Assembly: GCA_028286645.1 (NCBI GenBank) | Contig: JAQBRF010000004.1 | Coordinates: 273,536-337,535, forward strand | Reading direction: 5' to 3' | DNA: 64,000 bases | Origin: Candidatus Nomurabacteria bacterium | Lineage (GTDB): Bacteria; Patescibacteriota; Minisyncoccia; Phycocordibacterales; UBA5272 | In this document: positions 1 to 9,995 of the stretch, piece by piece | How the letters are laid out: the number at the start of each line of letters is the position of its first letter | How positions within the stretch are numbered: position 1 is the stretch's first letter | Position numbers and translations under genes: made by a program | Notes under the pieces: generated by a model | Told to the model about the DNA's origin: nothing | What the model saw: the letters and a program-made list of their open reading frames with translations, nothing else | Database searches by the model: none

Positions 1-362
1 GCTCCACATATAGACTTATGGAATAAAGATAATTCTTTAACTTCTATTCCCGCCTCTTCTTTTGCTTCTTTTATGGCTGCTTGCTTTGCTGCTTCATTAA
101 TATTAACTTCTTCATTCAAGGCGCTGTTATATTCAGCTAATGAATCATAAACTTTCCCGCCCGGCAAACGATAATCAAATGAATTTAACTCATGACGAAA
201 TTCTTTCGTGAGCAGTATAGTATCCCCCTTTGGAATTATAAGCCTCGCACCAGGCGAGCGCCGAGCATATTCAAAAACCTTTTTCTTGGCATTTTGCTCA
301 ACTTCTTTTTGTACGACTTCAATAATTTTACCTTTGTAAGTTATTTTTTCCATACCATACAT
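1..362 (-). CDS. NUDIX hydrolase, C-terminally truncated by the window edge
   Basis: Minus-strand translation from ATG at 362/353 reads MEKITYKGKIIEVVQKEVEQ...RLPGGKVYDSLAEY...EAKEEAGI, which fits a Nudix box (GX5EX7REUXEEXGU-like). The ORF runs off the window start. Confidence 0.55.
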   Translation of the reverse strand, partial: MYGMEKITYKGKIIEVVQKEVEQNAKKKVFEYARRSPGARLIIPKGDTILLTKEFRHELNSFDYRLPGGKVYDSLAEYNSALNEEVNINEAAKQAAIKEAKEEAGIEVKELSLFHKSICG

Positions 363-399
363 CGAATTATATCATTTTAATTCTTCTAAATTATTACTA

Positions 400-428
400 T
401 TGACAATTAACAACGTTTATTATATCAT
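400..428 (+). promoter_or_regulatory. sigma70-like promoter (TTGACA, ~17 bp, TATCAT) upstream of GC-rich cassette A
   Basis: TTGACA at 400-405 with an A/T-rich -10 candidate about 17 bp downstream. It lies 45 bp upstream of ATG 473. Confidence 0.3.
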
Positions 429-472
429 AACTTTTGAAGTGCGATACCCCTTTAACCACCAAGGAACCCATC

Positions 473-766
473 ATGAAGAAGACGACTCTTGCAATCCTCC
501 TGGCGTTGGCCCTCACGGCTATTTCGACCGCCGTCTCGTCGGCAGAAGTGCAGAATAAAAGCGCTGTGGTCATCAAGAATAAAAACAACGTGACGGTGAA
601 AGTGGTCAAGGTATTTGAGTTTGATTACGAGATGAAAGCTCCCGACACCGAAAGGACGGTAAACCAGTGGATCCGTGACAATCCCAACATCCTGATCACG
701 GAACAGTCGGTCGTCCGGACGAGCCCTTCTGGCTATGTCGTGGTGATTTGGTACACGCCGATGTAA
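473..766 (+). CDS. small secreted protein, GC-rich ORFan cassette A
   Basis: RBS AAGGAA lies 7 nt before ATG 473. The N-terminus MKKTTLAILLALALTAISTAVSSA is a signal peptide. G+C is much higher than the flanks. An intrinsic terminator follows. Confidence 0.55.
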   Translation: MKKTTLAILLALALTAISTAVSSAEVQNKSAVVIKNKNNVTVKVVKVFEFDYEMKAPDTERTVNQWIRDNPNILITEQSVVRTSPSGYVVVIWYTPM

Positions 767-786
767 CGATAAGTTCTATACGGCAA

Positions 787-812
787 GGTGGCGCGTATTG
801 CGCCACCTTTTT
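787..812 (+). terminator. rho-independent terminator (GGTGGCGC-gtatt-GCGCCACC followed by a T-run)
   Basis: Perfect 8-bp GC stem followed by TTTTT immediately after the stop of the 473..766 ORF. Confidence 0.7.
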
Positions 813-836
813 ATACTAATAATTTTCAATAATTAA

Positions 837-1478
837 TTATATAGATTCGCTGCTATCTCCGGTTATAGGAATCTCCTCGCCTAAAAATTTCGGTTCTCTT
901 TTACTTACAACATCAATAACGGCTTTTACATCCGCAAATACTTCTCTTATATTATTTTTAAAGAGATATTCATGCTGGTCCGCGCGAGCGCCATAGGCTT
1001 TTATTCCTAAACTTCGAGCGATAAATAGTGATCTCGGCAGATGAAATGATTGGGTCACTATGATTGCAGAATCTACCATAAATATATCCCGGGCTCTATA
1101 CATACTGCTATATGTATCAAATCCCGCATGATCAAGGAATATGGCTTCTGTGGGCACTCCTTGGGACAGCATATAGTCTCGTGTAGGGTTAACTTCATTA
1201 TGATACTCTGTTCCATCGTCTCCTGTGATGAGAATTGTCTTTACTTTGCCGTTTTTATATAAAGATATGGCGATATCAGCTCTATCTTTTAATATTGAAG
1301 AAAGTTGTCCGGCACTGGTAACAGAGGCTCCTAAAACTATGGCTGTATGAGCATTTGATAGCTTATCCATATCTTTAATAAATGAAAGTGAATATATTTT
1401 AAATCCTACAAATATTACTACTATAGCCCCCATAGCTGCAACTAAAATTTTAAAAATTAACTTAAATATAAATCTCAT
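837..1478 (-). CDS. SanA/YdcF-like DUF218 membrane protein
   Basis: N-terminal TM helix, then AIVLGASV...ILITGDDG...VTQSFHLPRS, which is typical of the DUF218 (SanA/ElyC) fold. Confidence 0.55.
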   Translation of the reverse strand: MRFIFKLIFKILVAAMGAIVVIFVGFKIYSLSFIKDMDKLSNAHTAIVLGASVTSAGQLSSILKDRADIAISLYKNGKVKTILITGDDGTEYHNEVNPTRDYMLSQGVPTEAIFLDHAGFDTYSSMYRARDIFMVDSAIIVTQSFHLPRSLFIARSLGIKAYGARADQHEYLFKNNIREVFADVKAVIDVVSKREPKFLGEEIPITGDSSESI

Positions 1479-2119
1479 TGCTGTTTATCAAAATTAAGTA
1501 TGGTCTTAGCATCTATAACTTTTTCTTTGTAACCAGGATCTGTAATAAATAGATTATCTAATAATCTACAAAGCAGAGTATCTATATCTACTATAGTTTG
1601 ATGATCTAATGCTTCAAATTCATCCAATCTTCTCCGGCTTAATTCTCTAGCAATTGAGGGAGTTAAATAAGTCTTTTCCTTATCTCCCTCCTGACTAGAG
1701 TATTCTTCTATGAAAAACTCTTTCTTTTGCTCATCACTCAATTGTTGAATCTTTTCATTGGCTTGGCATTCTAACAAAAGATCCTCTATATATCTTTTTA
1801 AGTATTCTTTTCCTAGGTCATCGTAGGTTAGTAGATGAGAAATAACTTCTCCTAAATTATCTAGAACCTCTTCTACTTGATGCTTAATTCCTTCATCTAA
1901 CCCATAATTAAATTGCTTAATAATAATCCCAGCCTTTCGAAATAAGTCTCTTATTTTAATTTCGAGTTTAGCCACCTCTTCGGGAGGTAAAAGCTCTATA
2001 TTTTTTGAAGTTAAAGGTATATAAGAAAGCTTTTCCAAAGCTTCTTTTTTTTCATTTTCATATTGATTAACTAAATCGGTTTCCTTGTTTTTTCCTGGAT
2101 CAGATTTATCAAATATCAT
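1475..2119 (-). CDS. hypothetical acidic coiled-coil protein
   Basis: Complete ORF with a 4-nt overlap to the downstream gene. No recognisable motif. Confidence 0.4.
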   Translation of the reverse strand: MIFDKSDPGKNKETDLVNQYENEKKEALEKLSYIPLTSKNIELLPPEEVAKLEIKIRDLFRKAGIIIKQFNYGLDEGIKHQVEEVLDNLGEVISHLLTYDDLGKEYLKRYIEDLLLECQANEKIQQLSDEQKKEFFIEEYSSQEGDKEKTYLTPSIARELSRRRLDEFEALDHQTIVDIDTLLCRLLDNLFITDPGYKEKVIDAKTILNFDKQQ

Positions 2120-2126
2120 ATATAGT

Positions 2127-2906
2127 TTATTTTAGAGGTAAATCAAATGTGAGTTCAGACGAACCGAATGCGTACGCAGCTACTTGATACTCAGGAAAAT
2201 AGAATGTTATTTTGTTCGTTGCAGGTAAAGTAAACAAAGAAAAATTGGCTATTGTAGCTTCCGTGCCCGCATTAAGCATATCCGTATCTATTTCTTCAGG
2301 CGAGACCTGAGCCGCAGAGGACAATTTCGCCCGCAGCAGCGCTCTTGAACGAGTAGAAAGCTTTTTCAAAAAAGTCGGATCACCGCTTGTGATGTCTGAA
2401 AGAGTAATCTCCTTTTGTTCCTTCACGTTATAATTAAATGTCATAATCGTTTCCCCTCCATGAGCTCCGCCTGAGAATTCATAGATGCCGATTACCAAAC
2501 TAATAACATCCGCATCATTACGAATAACCTTCGTGCCTATCTGTATTGGAAACTTATCTTTTTCATTTGGTGTTTTAGTTACGCCTTCGCTCGGAGTTGC
2601 AGTTTCAAATCTGGCTTTCCAATTTTCCTCAGAAAATTTTATATGATCCGCTATCGCCTTATTAACCGCTTCCGCCATTTTTTGATTAAAATCCTTTGAA
2701 GCATTGCTAAAGACGGGATACTCTCCGGTAACTACTGCATAAGGAGTAGAAGTAGCTAGAGTGACCATTGTCTTTTGGGTCTCTTCTACTGCTACTGGAG
2801 TGGGATTAGTGGGGGCGATCTTAGGAGATTTTTTATAATAATATACAACTCCTAATATAATTATTATTACAATTAATCCGATAATTAAATTTGATTTCTT
2901 ACTCAT
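2127..2906 (-). CDS. membrane-anchored DUF3298/DUF4163 (RsiV/PdaC-like) domain protein
   Basis: N-terminal TM helix. The C-terminus has the FSGGAHGGE motif characteristic of DUF3298. Confidence 0.5.
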   Translation of the reverse strand: MSKKSNLIIGLIVIIIILGVVYYYKKSPKIAPTNPTPVAVEETQKTMVTLATSTPYAVVTGEYPVFSNASKDFNQKMAEAVNKAIADHIKFSEENWKARFETATPSEGVTKTPNEKDKFPIQIGTKVIRNDADVISLVIGIYEFSGGAHGGETIMTFNYNVKEQKEITLSDITSGDPTFLKKLSTRSRALLRAKLSSAAQVSPEEIDTDMLNAGTEATIANFSLFTLPATNKITFYFPEYQVAAYAFGSSELTFDLPLK

Positions 2907-2940
2907 ACATTAAGTATATCAGAATGAACCATCAGAAAAC

Positions 2941-4626
2941 TTATCGGCTAGAAGCTTTAATAAATGCTACGAACAAAGGATGAGGAGAAAGTGGATGAGA
3001 CTTAAATTCTGGATGAGCTTGGGTTGCTACGAAGAATGGGTGAGCTTTCTTTGGAAGCTCGATGAATTCCATCAACTTTCCATCAGGAGATGTTCCGGAA
3101 AAGACTAGCCCTTTTTCTTTCAATGTATCTACATACTCATTATTTACTTCATATCTATGCCGATGGCGTTCAGTTATGACGTTATTACCGTAAGCTTTAG
3201 CAATAATGCTTTTATCTAATAGCTTCGCCTTATAATTACCCAAACGCATGCTCCCGCCATAATTTTCTTTTTCCACTTTTTCTTTTTGGCTCTCCATTAT
3301 TGTTATAACTTGGTGTAAAGCATCAGAGTCCAACTCTTTCGATGTAGCATCCCGAACACCCGCGACATTTCTGGCATATTCTATAACCGCCAGCTGCATT
3401 CCGTAGCAAATTCCTAAATATGGAATTTTATTTTCTCTCACATACTTTACCGCTTCTAATTTCCCCGCAACCCCGCGCGCGCCGAATCCTCCAGGAACTA
3501 TTACTCCGTCATAATTACTTAGATCCTTTAATGACTTCCGAACCATTGCGAGCGTTTTACTTTTACTTACTTCGAATTCCCCAGAATTTATCCACGAAAT
3601 TACCGGTTTCTTGTTTAAGGAATATGCAGAATGCTTAATAGCTTCTATAACAGAAAGATACGCATCGCTTAGCATAAAATCTCCTGTATCAAAATACTTC
3701 CCAATAATCGCGATCTTTACTTCGGTCTTGCTCGTATGAACTTTATTTACAAACTTTCCCCAGGCAATTCTATTTAATTCTCCTTTCTTATAATTTGCAT
3801 GTCTTTTAGGAAGCGCAAGCACTTCACATAAAATATCTCCCACATTTTCTTTCTCGAAGTTAATTGGGATGTCATAAATGCTTTTCACATCTGGTGCGGA
3901 AATAATCTGGTCTGGTTTAACATTACAAAAAAAAGACAGCTTTTCTTTTCTCTTGGCATCAAGCGGCAAAACGCTTCTTGCCACTATCATGTCCGGCCAA
4001 AGTCCTGAAGCCTGCAATGTTCGCACAGCATGCTGAGTTGGCTTAGTTTTCATCTCTCCAATGGTAGAAGGAATGGGCATATAGGACACGACCACACACG
4101 CTACATCGTCCGGTGTTTCAGATTTCATCATTCTAGCGGCTTCTAAAAATAAAATATTCTCATATTCTCCAATAGTTCCGCCGATCTCAATCATCACACA
4201 GTCGGCCTTGGCTTTCTTTTGCGCGGTTTTAATTCTAGAAATAACCTCTAGCGGAACATGAGGAACTACTTGAACGCACGCCCCTTTATAAAACATGCTG
4301 CGCTCCTTTTCTATAACTCCTTGATACACGCGCCCTGTAGTCATGTAATTATCGCTAGTAAGCGTTGTATTTAAAAATCTTTCATAATTCCCCATATCTT
4401 GGTCGGTCTCATAACCGTCATCCAAAACAAAAACTTCTCCGTGCTCTGTGGGATTCATCGTGCCTGCGTCCACGTTTACATAGGGATCTATTTTTATTGA
4501 AGTAACTGTATATCCACGATCCTGAAGGATCTTACCCATAGACGAAGCGGTCACACCTTTACCGACACCTGAGATAACTCCGCCTAATACGAAAATGTAC
4601 TTCGGGGAATTTTTCTTTTTAATCAT
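2941..4626 (-). CDS. pyrG: CTP synthase
   Basis: N-terminal YIFVLGGVISGVGKG synthetase P-loop. C-terminal GATase motifs GICYGMQ and HPEF. Length 561 aa. Confidence 0.95.
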   Translation of the reverse strand: MIKKKNSPKYIFVLGGVISGVGKGVTASSMGKILQDRGYTVTSIKIDPYVNVDAGTMNPTEHGEVFVLDDGYETDQDMGNYERFLNTTLTSDNYMTTGRVYQGVIEKERSMFYKGACVQVVPHVPLEVISRIKTAQKKAKADCVMIEIGGTIGEYENILFLEAARMMKSETPDDVACVVVSYMPIPSTIGEMKTKPTQHAVRTLQASGLWPDMIVARSVLPLDAKRKEKLSFFCNVKPDQIISAPDVKSIYDIPINFEKENVGDILCEVLALPKRHANYKKGELNRIAWGKFVNKVHTSKTEVKIAIIGKYFDTGDFMLSDAYLSVIEAIKHSAYSLNKKPVISWINSGEFEVSKSKTLAMVRKSLKDLSNYDGVIVPGGFGARGVAGKLEAVKYVRENKIPYLGICYGMQLAVIEYARNVAGVRDATSKELDSDALHQVITIMESQKEKVEKENYGGSMRLGNYKAKLLDKSIIAKAYGNNVITERHRHRYEVNNEYVDTLKEKGLVFSGTSPDGKLMEFIELPKKAHPFFVATQAHPEFKSHPLSPHPLFVAFIKASSR

Positions 4627-4673
4627 AGTGATGAGTATAGCAAATGGAATTTTAACTAGTTAAATAAAAAAAC

Positions 4674-4706
4674 AAAACCGGACTTTAAGTCCGGTTTTGT
4701 TTTTTT
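4674..4706 (-). terminator. bidirectional intrinsic terminator (AAAACCGGAC-tttaa-GTCCGGTTTT)
   Basis: Perfect 10-bp stem flanked by A-run and T-run, between the SWIB gene stop and the pyrG start. Confidence 0.7.
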
Positions 4707-4708
4707 AT

Positions 4709-4963
4709 TTATGAAAGATGAGCGGATACGAGCTTCGTCATTTCAAACATGTTCACCGTTTTCTTGCCCCCGAATACTTTCAGGAGGTTTTCATCTGCAT
4801 TGATATTTCGCTTGTTAGTTGGATCTTGAAGATTATTCTTCTTGATGTAGACCCAAATATTTTTAACAACCTCAGAGCGAGGCATCGGGCCTTTACCTAC
4901 AACAGCTTCAAGCTCAGGGCTTAGCTTCATAGGTTTCATAAAGGCTGAATTGGTTTTTGGCAT
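4709..4963 (-). CDS. SWIB/MDM2 domain protein
   Basis: 84-aa protein with PMKLSPELEAVVG...RSEVVKNIWVYIKKNNLQDP...NADENLLKVFG, the canonical SWIB domain signature. Confidence 0.7.
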   Translation of the reverse strand: MPKTNSAFMKPMKLSPELEAVVGKGPMPRSEVVKNIWVYIKKNNLQDPTNKRNINADENLLKVFGGKKTVNMFEMTKLVSAHLS

Positions 4964-5104
4964 AGATAAATAGTTAATTAATAGTTACGTCAATAGTATA
5001 CCCCCTATTTCCCCAGAAGAAAACAGGTTTTTAACAGGTAGTATATTTGACAGTAGCATAAACAATTGTGTTATGCAATATTTATGCTAATAAAGTATCT
5101 AGAA

Positions 5105-6883
5105 TTATTCCAAAACTTCTCCAGACTGATGACTCCAAAGCTTTGCATAAAGCCCCGGCTGCTTAATAAGTTCATCGTGTGAACCGTCTTGAATAATTCT
5201 TCCCTGATCAAGAACAAGAATCCTATCTAAATGCTTAATAGTTGAAAGCCTGTGCGCAATAACAAGAGCTGTCTTATCTTTCATAAGCTCGAGCAATCCG
5301 TCTTGAATATACTTTTCCGATTCTGAATCAAGCGAACTTGTCGCCTCGTCTAATACAATTATGGGAGACTTTTTAAGAAGAGCCCGAGCTATAGCCACTC
5401 GCTGTCTTTGGCCGCCAGATAATTTAATTCCTCTTTCTCCTACCAAAGTGTCATATCCGTGCGGAAGTACAGAAATAAATTCATGAGCATGAGCGAGCTT
5501 CGAAGCTTCTGTAACTTCTTCAAGGGTAGCTTTCGGGTCGCCGTATGCTATGTTTTCAAAAAGAGTTCTATGAAATAACAAAGGCTCCTGAGGAACATAG
5601 GTAATTGCCTCTCTAAGAGATTTTTGAGTAACTTTACGAATATCTTGTCCATCAATTGATATCTCTCCATCGCTTACATCCACGAAACGAAGCAATAATT
5701 TAGTTACAGTGGTTTTCCCTCCTCCGCTTGGGCCCACAAGACCAATTTTCTGGTTACCTTTTATTTCCAGATTAAAGTTATTTAAGAAAAGTTCATCCTT
5801 ATTCCTTTCATATGTAAATTTAACGTCCTCAAATATTATGTCGCTATTTGTGACCTTCATCTTACCGGCTTTCGGCTTATCCATAACTATCGGATCATGA
5901 AGAGTAAGCTCGGTAAATTCAGCCGCTGCTCCTAAACTAGATTCTACGTTTCTATATACCCTGTTTATTTCCCAAAAGATGCGAGCTATCTGTGAGTAAT
6001 AAGAATATACGACCATCATAGTACCAACTGGCAAATTAAGTTTTATCGTAAAGTAAAATGCCATAAATAAACCGAAGACATTAGTTATTACATAAATAGG
6101 CGCAATTACTCCTTCGAAATTTAAATTTTGATAATTATATGTATCTCTATATTTAGTGACATACGAATTAACATGCTTGTTAAAAGTTTTTTGTTCCGCC
6201 TCTTCTTGAGCAAATGACTTAATTGCTAGCATATTTGTCATCGAATCTGAGAAGTTTCCAGCCATTCGGCTTTCTGCCTCATGACGCTCCGCGACCATTT
6301 TCGACCTCCTGCGGATAATCGGAACGGCAATGACTATTGTTAAAAGAATCCAAAATAACAGTGTAAAAGGAATAAGCGGAGAATACTGCCATAAAATTAT
6401 GAAAGCGAAAATTATTGGAAATACATTTGTAATGACGTTATACGCTAAGGTCTCTGTTAAATTCTCAAAACCTCTAGGGAATGCCATTCCTTTTTTTATA
6501 AGTGAACCTACAAAGTTATTTGTATAAAAATCATAGTCACGAGATATTAACTTCTTAAAAGCTTTATTATTTAAATCAGCTAGACTTGCAACTTCAAGCT
6601 TAATCATAAAATAATAACCTGCTCTCCATAACATCTCTCCCAAAAGCCAAAACCCTCCTAATGTCAATATATAAATACTTATCTGATTTACTGAATATGT
6701 ATGTGCTGCTAATTCATTAATAATTTTCGCTACTATTAATGGGGGTACGAAAGATGTAAAAATAACCCCAATAGCGGGCAGAAAGAAAGCCAATATTGCG
6801 TTTAGCTTATTTTTCTTGTATTGCCACCCATATTCTTTCAGTACCTGGATTATGGCTTCTTTAGATATAAATTTATTATCCAT
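5105..6883 (-). CDS. ABC exporter, fused permease-ATPase (MsbA/Lipid A exporter-like)
   Basis: Six TM helices, then Walker A GPSGGGKTT, signature LSGGQRQRVAIARAL and Walker B ILVLDEATS. Confidence 0.85.
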   Translation of the reverse strand: MDNKFISKEAIIQVLKEYGWQYKKNKLNAILAFFLPAIGVIFTSFVPPLIVAKIINELAAHTYSVNQISIYILTLGGFWLLGEMLWRAGYYFMIKLEVASLADLNNKAFKKLISRDYDFYTNNFVGSLIKKGMAFPRGFENLTETLAYNVITNVFPIIFAFIILWQYSPLIPFTLLFWILLTIVIAVPIIRRRSKMVAERHEAESRMAGNFSDSMTNMLAIKSFAQEEAEQKTFNKHVNSYVTKYRDTYNYQNLNFEGVIAPIYVITNVFGLFMAFYFTIKLNLPVGTMMVVYSYYSQIARIFWEINRVYRNVESSLGAAAEFTELTLHDPIVMDKPKAGKMKVTNSDIIFEDVKFTYERNKDELFLNNFNLEIKGNQKIGLVGPSGGGKTTVTKLLLRFVDVSDGEISIDGQDIRKVTQKSLREAITYVPQEPLLFHRTLFENIAYGDPKATLEEVTEASKLAHAHEFISVLPHGYDTLVGERGIKLSGGQRQRVAIARALLKKSPIIVLDEATSSLDSESEKYIQDGLLELMKDKTALVIAHRLSTIKHLDRILVLDQGRIIQDGSHDELIKQPGLYAKLWSHQSGEVLE

Positions 6884-6933
6884 AAAATATGAATCTTAAC
6901 ATTATAACATCAGTGTCAAGAGATAAAATTAAT

Positions 6934-6955
6934 AAAACCCCTTTCGGGGTTTTAT
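6934..6955. terminator. intrinsic terminator hairpin (AAAACCCC-tttc-GGGGTTTT)
   Basis: Perfect 8-bp stem with flanking A and T runs. It lies downstream of the small minus ORF at 6959..7105. Confidence 0.6.
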
Positions 6956-6958
6956 TAA

Positions 6959-7105
6959 TTACTGAGCTTCTGCTGGAGCTGGTGTCTCTTCTGCGGGAGC
7001 AACCGGAGCTTCTGCTGGAATTTCAGGAACTCCTGCTGGAGTCACTGTTACTTCTTCTCCCTCTCCAGCGACTGGATTAGTAGGTGTAGTTGTATCGTCG
7101 TTCAT
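6959..7105 (-). CDS. 48-aa acidic Pro/Ala/Glu-rich peptide (low complexity)
   Basis: ATG at 7105 to TAA at 6959 translates MNDDTTTPTNPVAGEGEEVTVTPAGVPEIPAEAPVAPAEETPAPAEAQ. The DNA carries CTGCTGGAG-type repeats. Below the 60-aa cutoff of the ORF track. Confidence 0.3.
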   Translation of the reverse strand: MNDDTTTPTNPVAGEGEEVTVTPAGVPEIPAEAPVAPAEETPAPAEAQ

Positions 7106-7149
7106 ATATTTTGTTTTAATGGCCAATAAAATACTAACTACTAGGTTAG

Positions 7150-7746
7150 CTAATCTAGTATAGCATTATTAAAGTAAAATTTCTTATATTCGACGCTTGT
7201 CATATTATTCTCTCCATAACACTCTGCAAGTGCGATATGGTCAATGATAATTGTTTCATTGATGTTTTGTGTTGTTAAATACTGCATACCTTTTTTATAT
7301 CCATCTTCTGACAAATCGGCGAATGCTAAAGTTATATGCGGGACATAGTTTACTGTTCGAGGAAGCCATGTCTCATACTTAGAAGTTATTTCATCTCTTA
7401 ATCGATTAAATAAATCCAGTAACTCCGCGCTTACTTCCACATTTATCCAGATAACATATGGAGTTATGTTGCCTTTCGCTCCCTTCCAATTTTCTATTCC
7501 ATCAAATCCTGAAATCTTTACTTTAATAGGATTTTGAGCATCTGTAAACGCCTTTAACTCTTTTTCGTAATTTGCTTGAAACTCTTCTGCTAAGGATGGC
7601 CCATCTCCTGGAGTAATATGAGGCAGCCAATCTTCTAGACATTTTCTGGATCCTGTAATTTTAGAAAGTTCTTTTTGTATTTCACGCACTTTTTTATGTT
7701 CTTCACCGCTAAGATAAGTTATCAAGGAGTAATGCTTTGTGTTCAT
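7150..7746 (-). CDS. 2H phosphoesterase superfamily protein (LigT/2'-5' RNA ligase-like)
   Basis: Two H-x-T motifs (LPHITPGD and VPHITLAF) about 90 aa apart, as in LigT/YjcG. Confidence 0.6.
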   Translation of the reverse strand: MNTKHYSLITYLSGEEHKKVREIQKELSKITGSRKCLEDWLPHITPGDGPSLAEEFQANYEKELKAFTDAQNPIKVKISGFDGIENWKGAKGNITPYVIWINVEVSAELLDLFNRLRDEITSKYETWLPRTVNYVPHITLAFADLSEDGYKKGMQYLTTQNINETIIIDHIALAECYGENNMTSVEYKKFYFNNAILD

Positions 7747-7787
7747 ATATGTCTATATTACTATTATTTATATAAAATCTAGAATTG

Positions 7788-8573
7788 CTAAATTAATCTC
7801 TTATGCGCAATTTGTAGTTTATCGTTATCAATAGTTACCACTGCATATTCGGTTGTTGGGCGGTCCGCTCCATCGTTTTCAGAAAAAGATCCCACAGTAA
7901 AGTAATCAACGCCGTTTATATTCTCATGATCTTTAAAATGCGTGTGTCCATTAAATACCGCTAAAACTTTCCCGGACTTTTCGAATACATTTCTTATCTT
8001 TTCAGACTTTAGAGGTGTGATTCGCTCTCTGGCGGCTTCCTTGAAATAAATATTTTTACTTACATCTTGCTCATAGATAGGGAAATGACAATATACAACT
8101 GTTTTCAAACTCGTTTTATTTAAATCATCTTCCAGCCAATTAATTTGATCGTCACTAAAAAGAAATGGCTCCGGAGAAACTTTTCCTTCCTCTCTATTTC
8201 CATCAATAACCACATGATGGTAACCTCCAAAATCAAAAGAGTAATAAATCTTATCCTCCCCTATTATTTTAGTTATATCATTACGGTTTAAGTTTACAAG
8301 ATCATGATTTCCTATAACATGTTTAATTGGCTTACCGCCACTTAAAATCTCTATTGCTTCTTTATATAGGATCACATCCTCTTCCTTGCTTTTTGTTTGA
8401 TGAATTAAATCTCCCATATTAATAATAAGATCACATTCGTTCATCGAATGCTGTATCTTATTTTTAAAATCTGAAACTAACTCTCCATACTGATTTACAT
8501 GATCCGGCCCGCCGCGAGCTTTGTAGTTAGTATTTAATCCATAATGGATATCAGTAATTAGAAAAATTTTCAT
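7788..8573 (-). CDS. calcineurin-like metallophosphoesterase
   Basis: Motifs DIHYG, GDLIH, GNHD and GHTHF. Confidence 0.8.
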   Translation of the reverse strand: MKIFLITDIHYGLNTNYKARGGPDHVNQYGELVSDFKNKIQHSMNECDLIINMGDLIHQTKSKEEDVILYKEAIEILSGGKPIKHVIGNHDLVNLNRNDITKIIGEDKIYYSFDFGGYHHVVIDGNREEGKVSPEPFLFSDDQINWLEDDLNKTSLKTVVYCHFPIYEQDVSKNIYFKEAARERITPLKSEKIRNVFEKSGKVLAVFNGHTHFKDHENINGVDYFTVGSFSENDGADRPTTEYAVVTIDNDKLQIAHKRLI

Positions 8574-8587
8574 TTTAAGATATTTTT

Positions 8588-9112
8588 CTAAATCCTATCA
8601 TTCGGATCAACACATGACTCATTGAATATCTTTCTAGATTCTTCTGTAATATTTTCTTCTGCGGTTTTAGTAAGCATTACACCCGCTTCTTCAAATCTTT
8701 TTTCTACGCCACTCCCTGACTTTGCGTTGTCAGTTCCGTACACTACATGCTTAATTCCTGCATTAATTATATTCGTTACGCAGTCTCCGTATTTTTCGCC
8801 GGGTCCGCCAGGAGTTCTTTTCGCACAAGGAATGATAGTTGTATACATGATATCTTCATTTGAAATAGTTATATTCTTTGCCTCTGCATCTTTTATAGCA
8901 GCATACTCTGCATGCCAGCCTTCGTTATTGCTAAATCCTTCTGCTATTATTTCTCCATTTCTAACAAGGCAGGCCGAAACTATCCCCTTTTTATCTTCGG
9001 AATATGAAGCCAATTTGAAAAGATGGTCGAATATTTCCTGGTCTTTCATATGAATAATATTACTCTTTTTATTAAAAATGGCAAATTGATAAAAGGCGGA
9101 CTTTAAGATCAC
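8588..9112 (-). CDS. CMP/dCMP-type zinc deaminase (true start probably at Met 9049)
   Basis: HAEYAAI (H-A-E zinc ligand) and PCAKRTPGG...GDC (C-x-x-C-type pair). Confidence 0.65.
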   Translation of the reverse strand: MILKSAFYQFAIFNKKSNIIHMKDQEIFDHLFKLASYSEDKKGIVSACLVRNGEIIAEGFSNNEGWHAEYAAIKDAEAKNITISNEDIMYTTIIPCAKRTPGGPGEKYGDCVTNIINAGIKHVVYGTDNAKSGSGVEKRFEEAGVMLTKTAEENITEESRKIFNESCVDPNDRI

Positions 9113-9139
9113 GATCTTCTTGTTTTTTTATAAATAATC

Positions 9140-9940
9140 TTAAAAGTGCCCCATTAATCTGGCCCCATATATTTTAATAAACTCAAAACATATATAATTG
9201 AACCCCTCTTCTGATTTGAAATAGTTTTCTCTGGTATATTTAGATGACGGAACAGTATGCCTTATTACTTTAGGATTCCTGGAAGCACCTGCCTTAAAAG
9301 TAAAATAAGCACGCCTCATGTGATATGGAAGAGTTATAATAATGACTTTCGACGGTAGCATATCTTTCTCCTTTAAAATACGATAAGAATTTACTACATT
9401 CTCTGGAGTATTTTTTGCTTCTTTTTCTAATATTATCGCTGAAGCGGGGACACCTCCTTTTATTGCTAACTTTTCATAATATTCGGCTTCTGAAATATCA
9501 TCATCTTCCATGTATGAGGCTTTTTGACCAGTGAAAAGCAAATGTGGAGCGTAACCACCTTTATATAAATTAATAGCTTCATTAACTCTATCTATACCCG
9601 CTCCGCCAAATACGAAAATTAAATCTGCTTTTTCAAGTGGATCAGATTCTGATAAATAATCCCAAGCTTTATAAAGTGCGCTCAACAACTCTTCTTTTAC
9701 TTCTGTTGTGTTTATAGCATTAAATGCTTTATTTATATTCTCTTTGATTATTTCTGAGTTTAGGTTTTCTAGATTTATTTGAAAAAGAAAATCATCTGTT
9801 ATATTTAAAAGCTTAAAAATATTATTTAGTATCTCGAAATCTATATTCTCCTTATTATCATTCTTAATTAATTCTCCTACATCTTTTATATACTTTTTAT
9901 CCGTAGAAATATGTGGTCGATACAGAGGGTCTTCTTTCAT
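9140..9940 (-). CDS. YdcF/ElyC-like DUF218 protein (second DUF218 paralogue)
   Basis: DLIFVFGGAG...LLFTGQK...IIITLPYHMRRA fits the DUF218 core. Confidence 0.55.
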   Translation of the reverse strand: MKEDPLYRPHISTDKKYIKDVGELIKNDNKENIDFEILNNIFKLLNITDDFLFQINLENLNSEIIKENINKAFNAINTTEVKEELLSALYKAWDYLSESDPLEKADLIFVFGGAGIDRVNEAINLYKGGYAPHLLFTGQKASYMEDDDISEAEYYEKLAIKGGVPASAIILEKEAKNTPENVVNSYRILKEKDMLPSKVIIITLPYHMRRAYFTFKAGASRNPKVIRHTVPSSKYTRENYFKSEEGFNYICFEFIKIYGARLMGHF

Positions 9941-9995
9941 AAGATGAGTTTAGCATTTGCATCTTAAATATATATGATTTTGGTATACTTGTTAA

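Noticed and set aside
4964-5104. Promoter call from TTGACA at about 5056
   Set aside because: Both flanking genes are on the minus strand. A plus-strand TTGACA here would drive antisense transcription only, and no convincing -10 was found.
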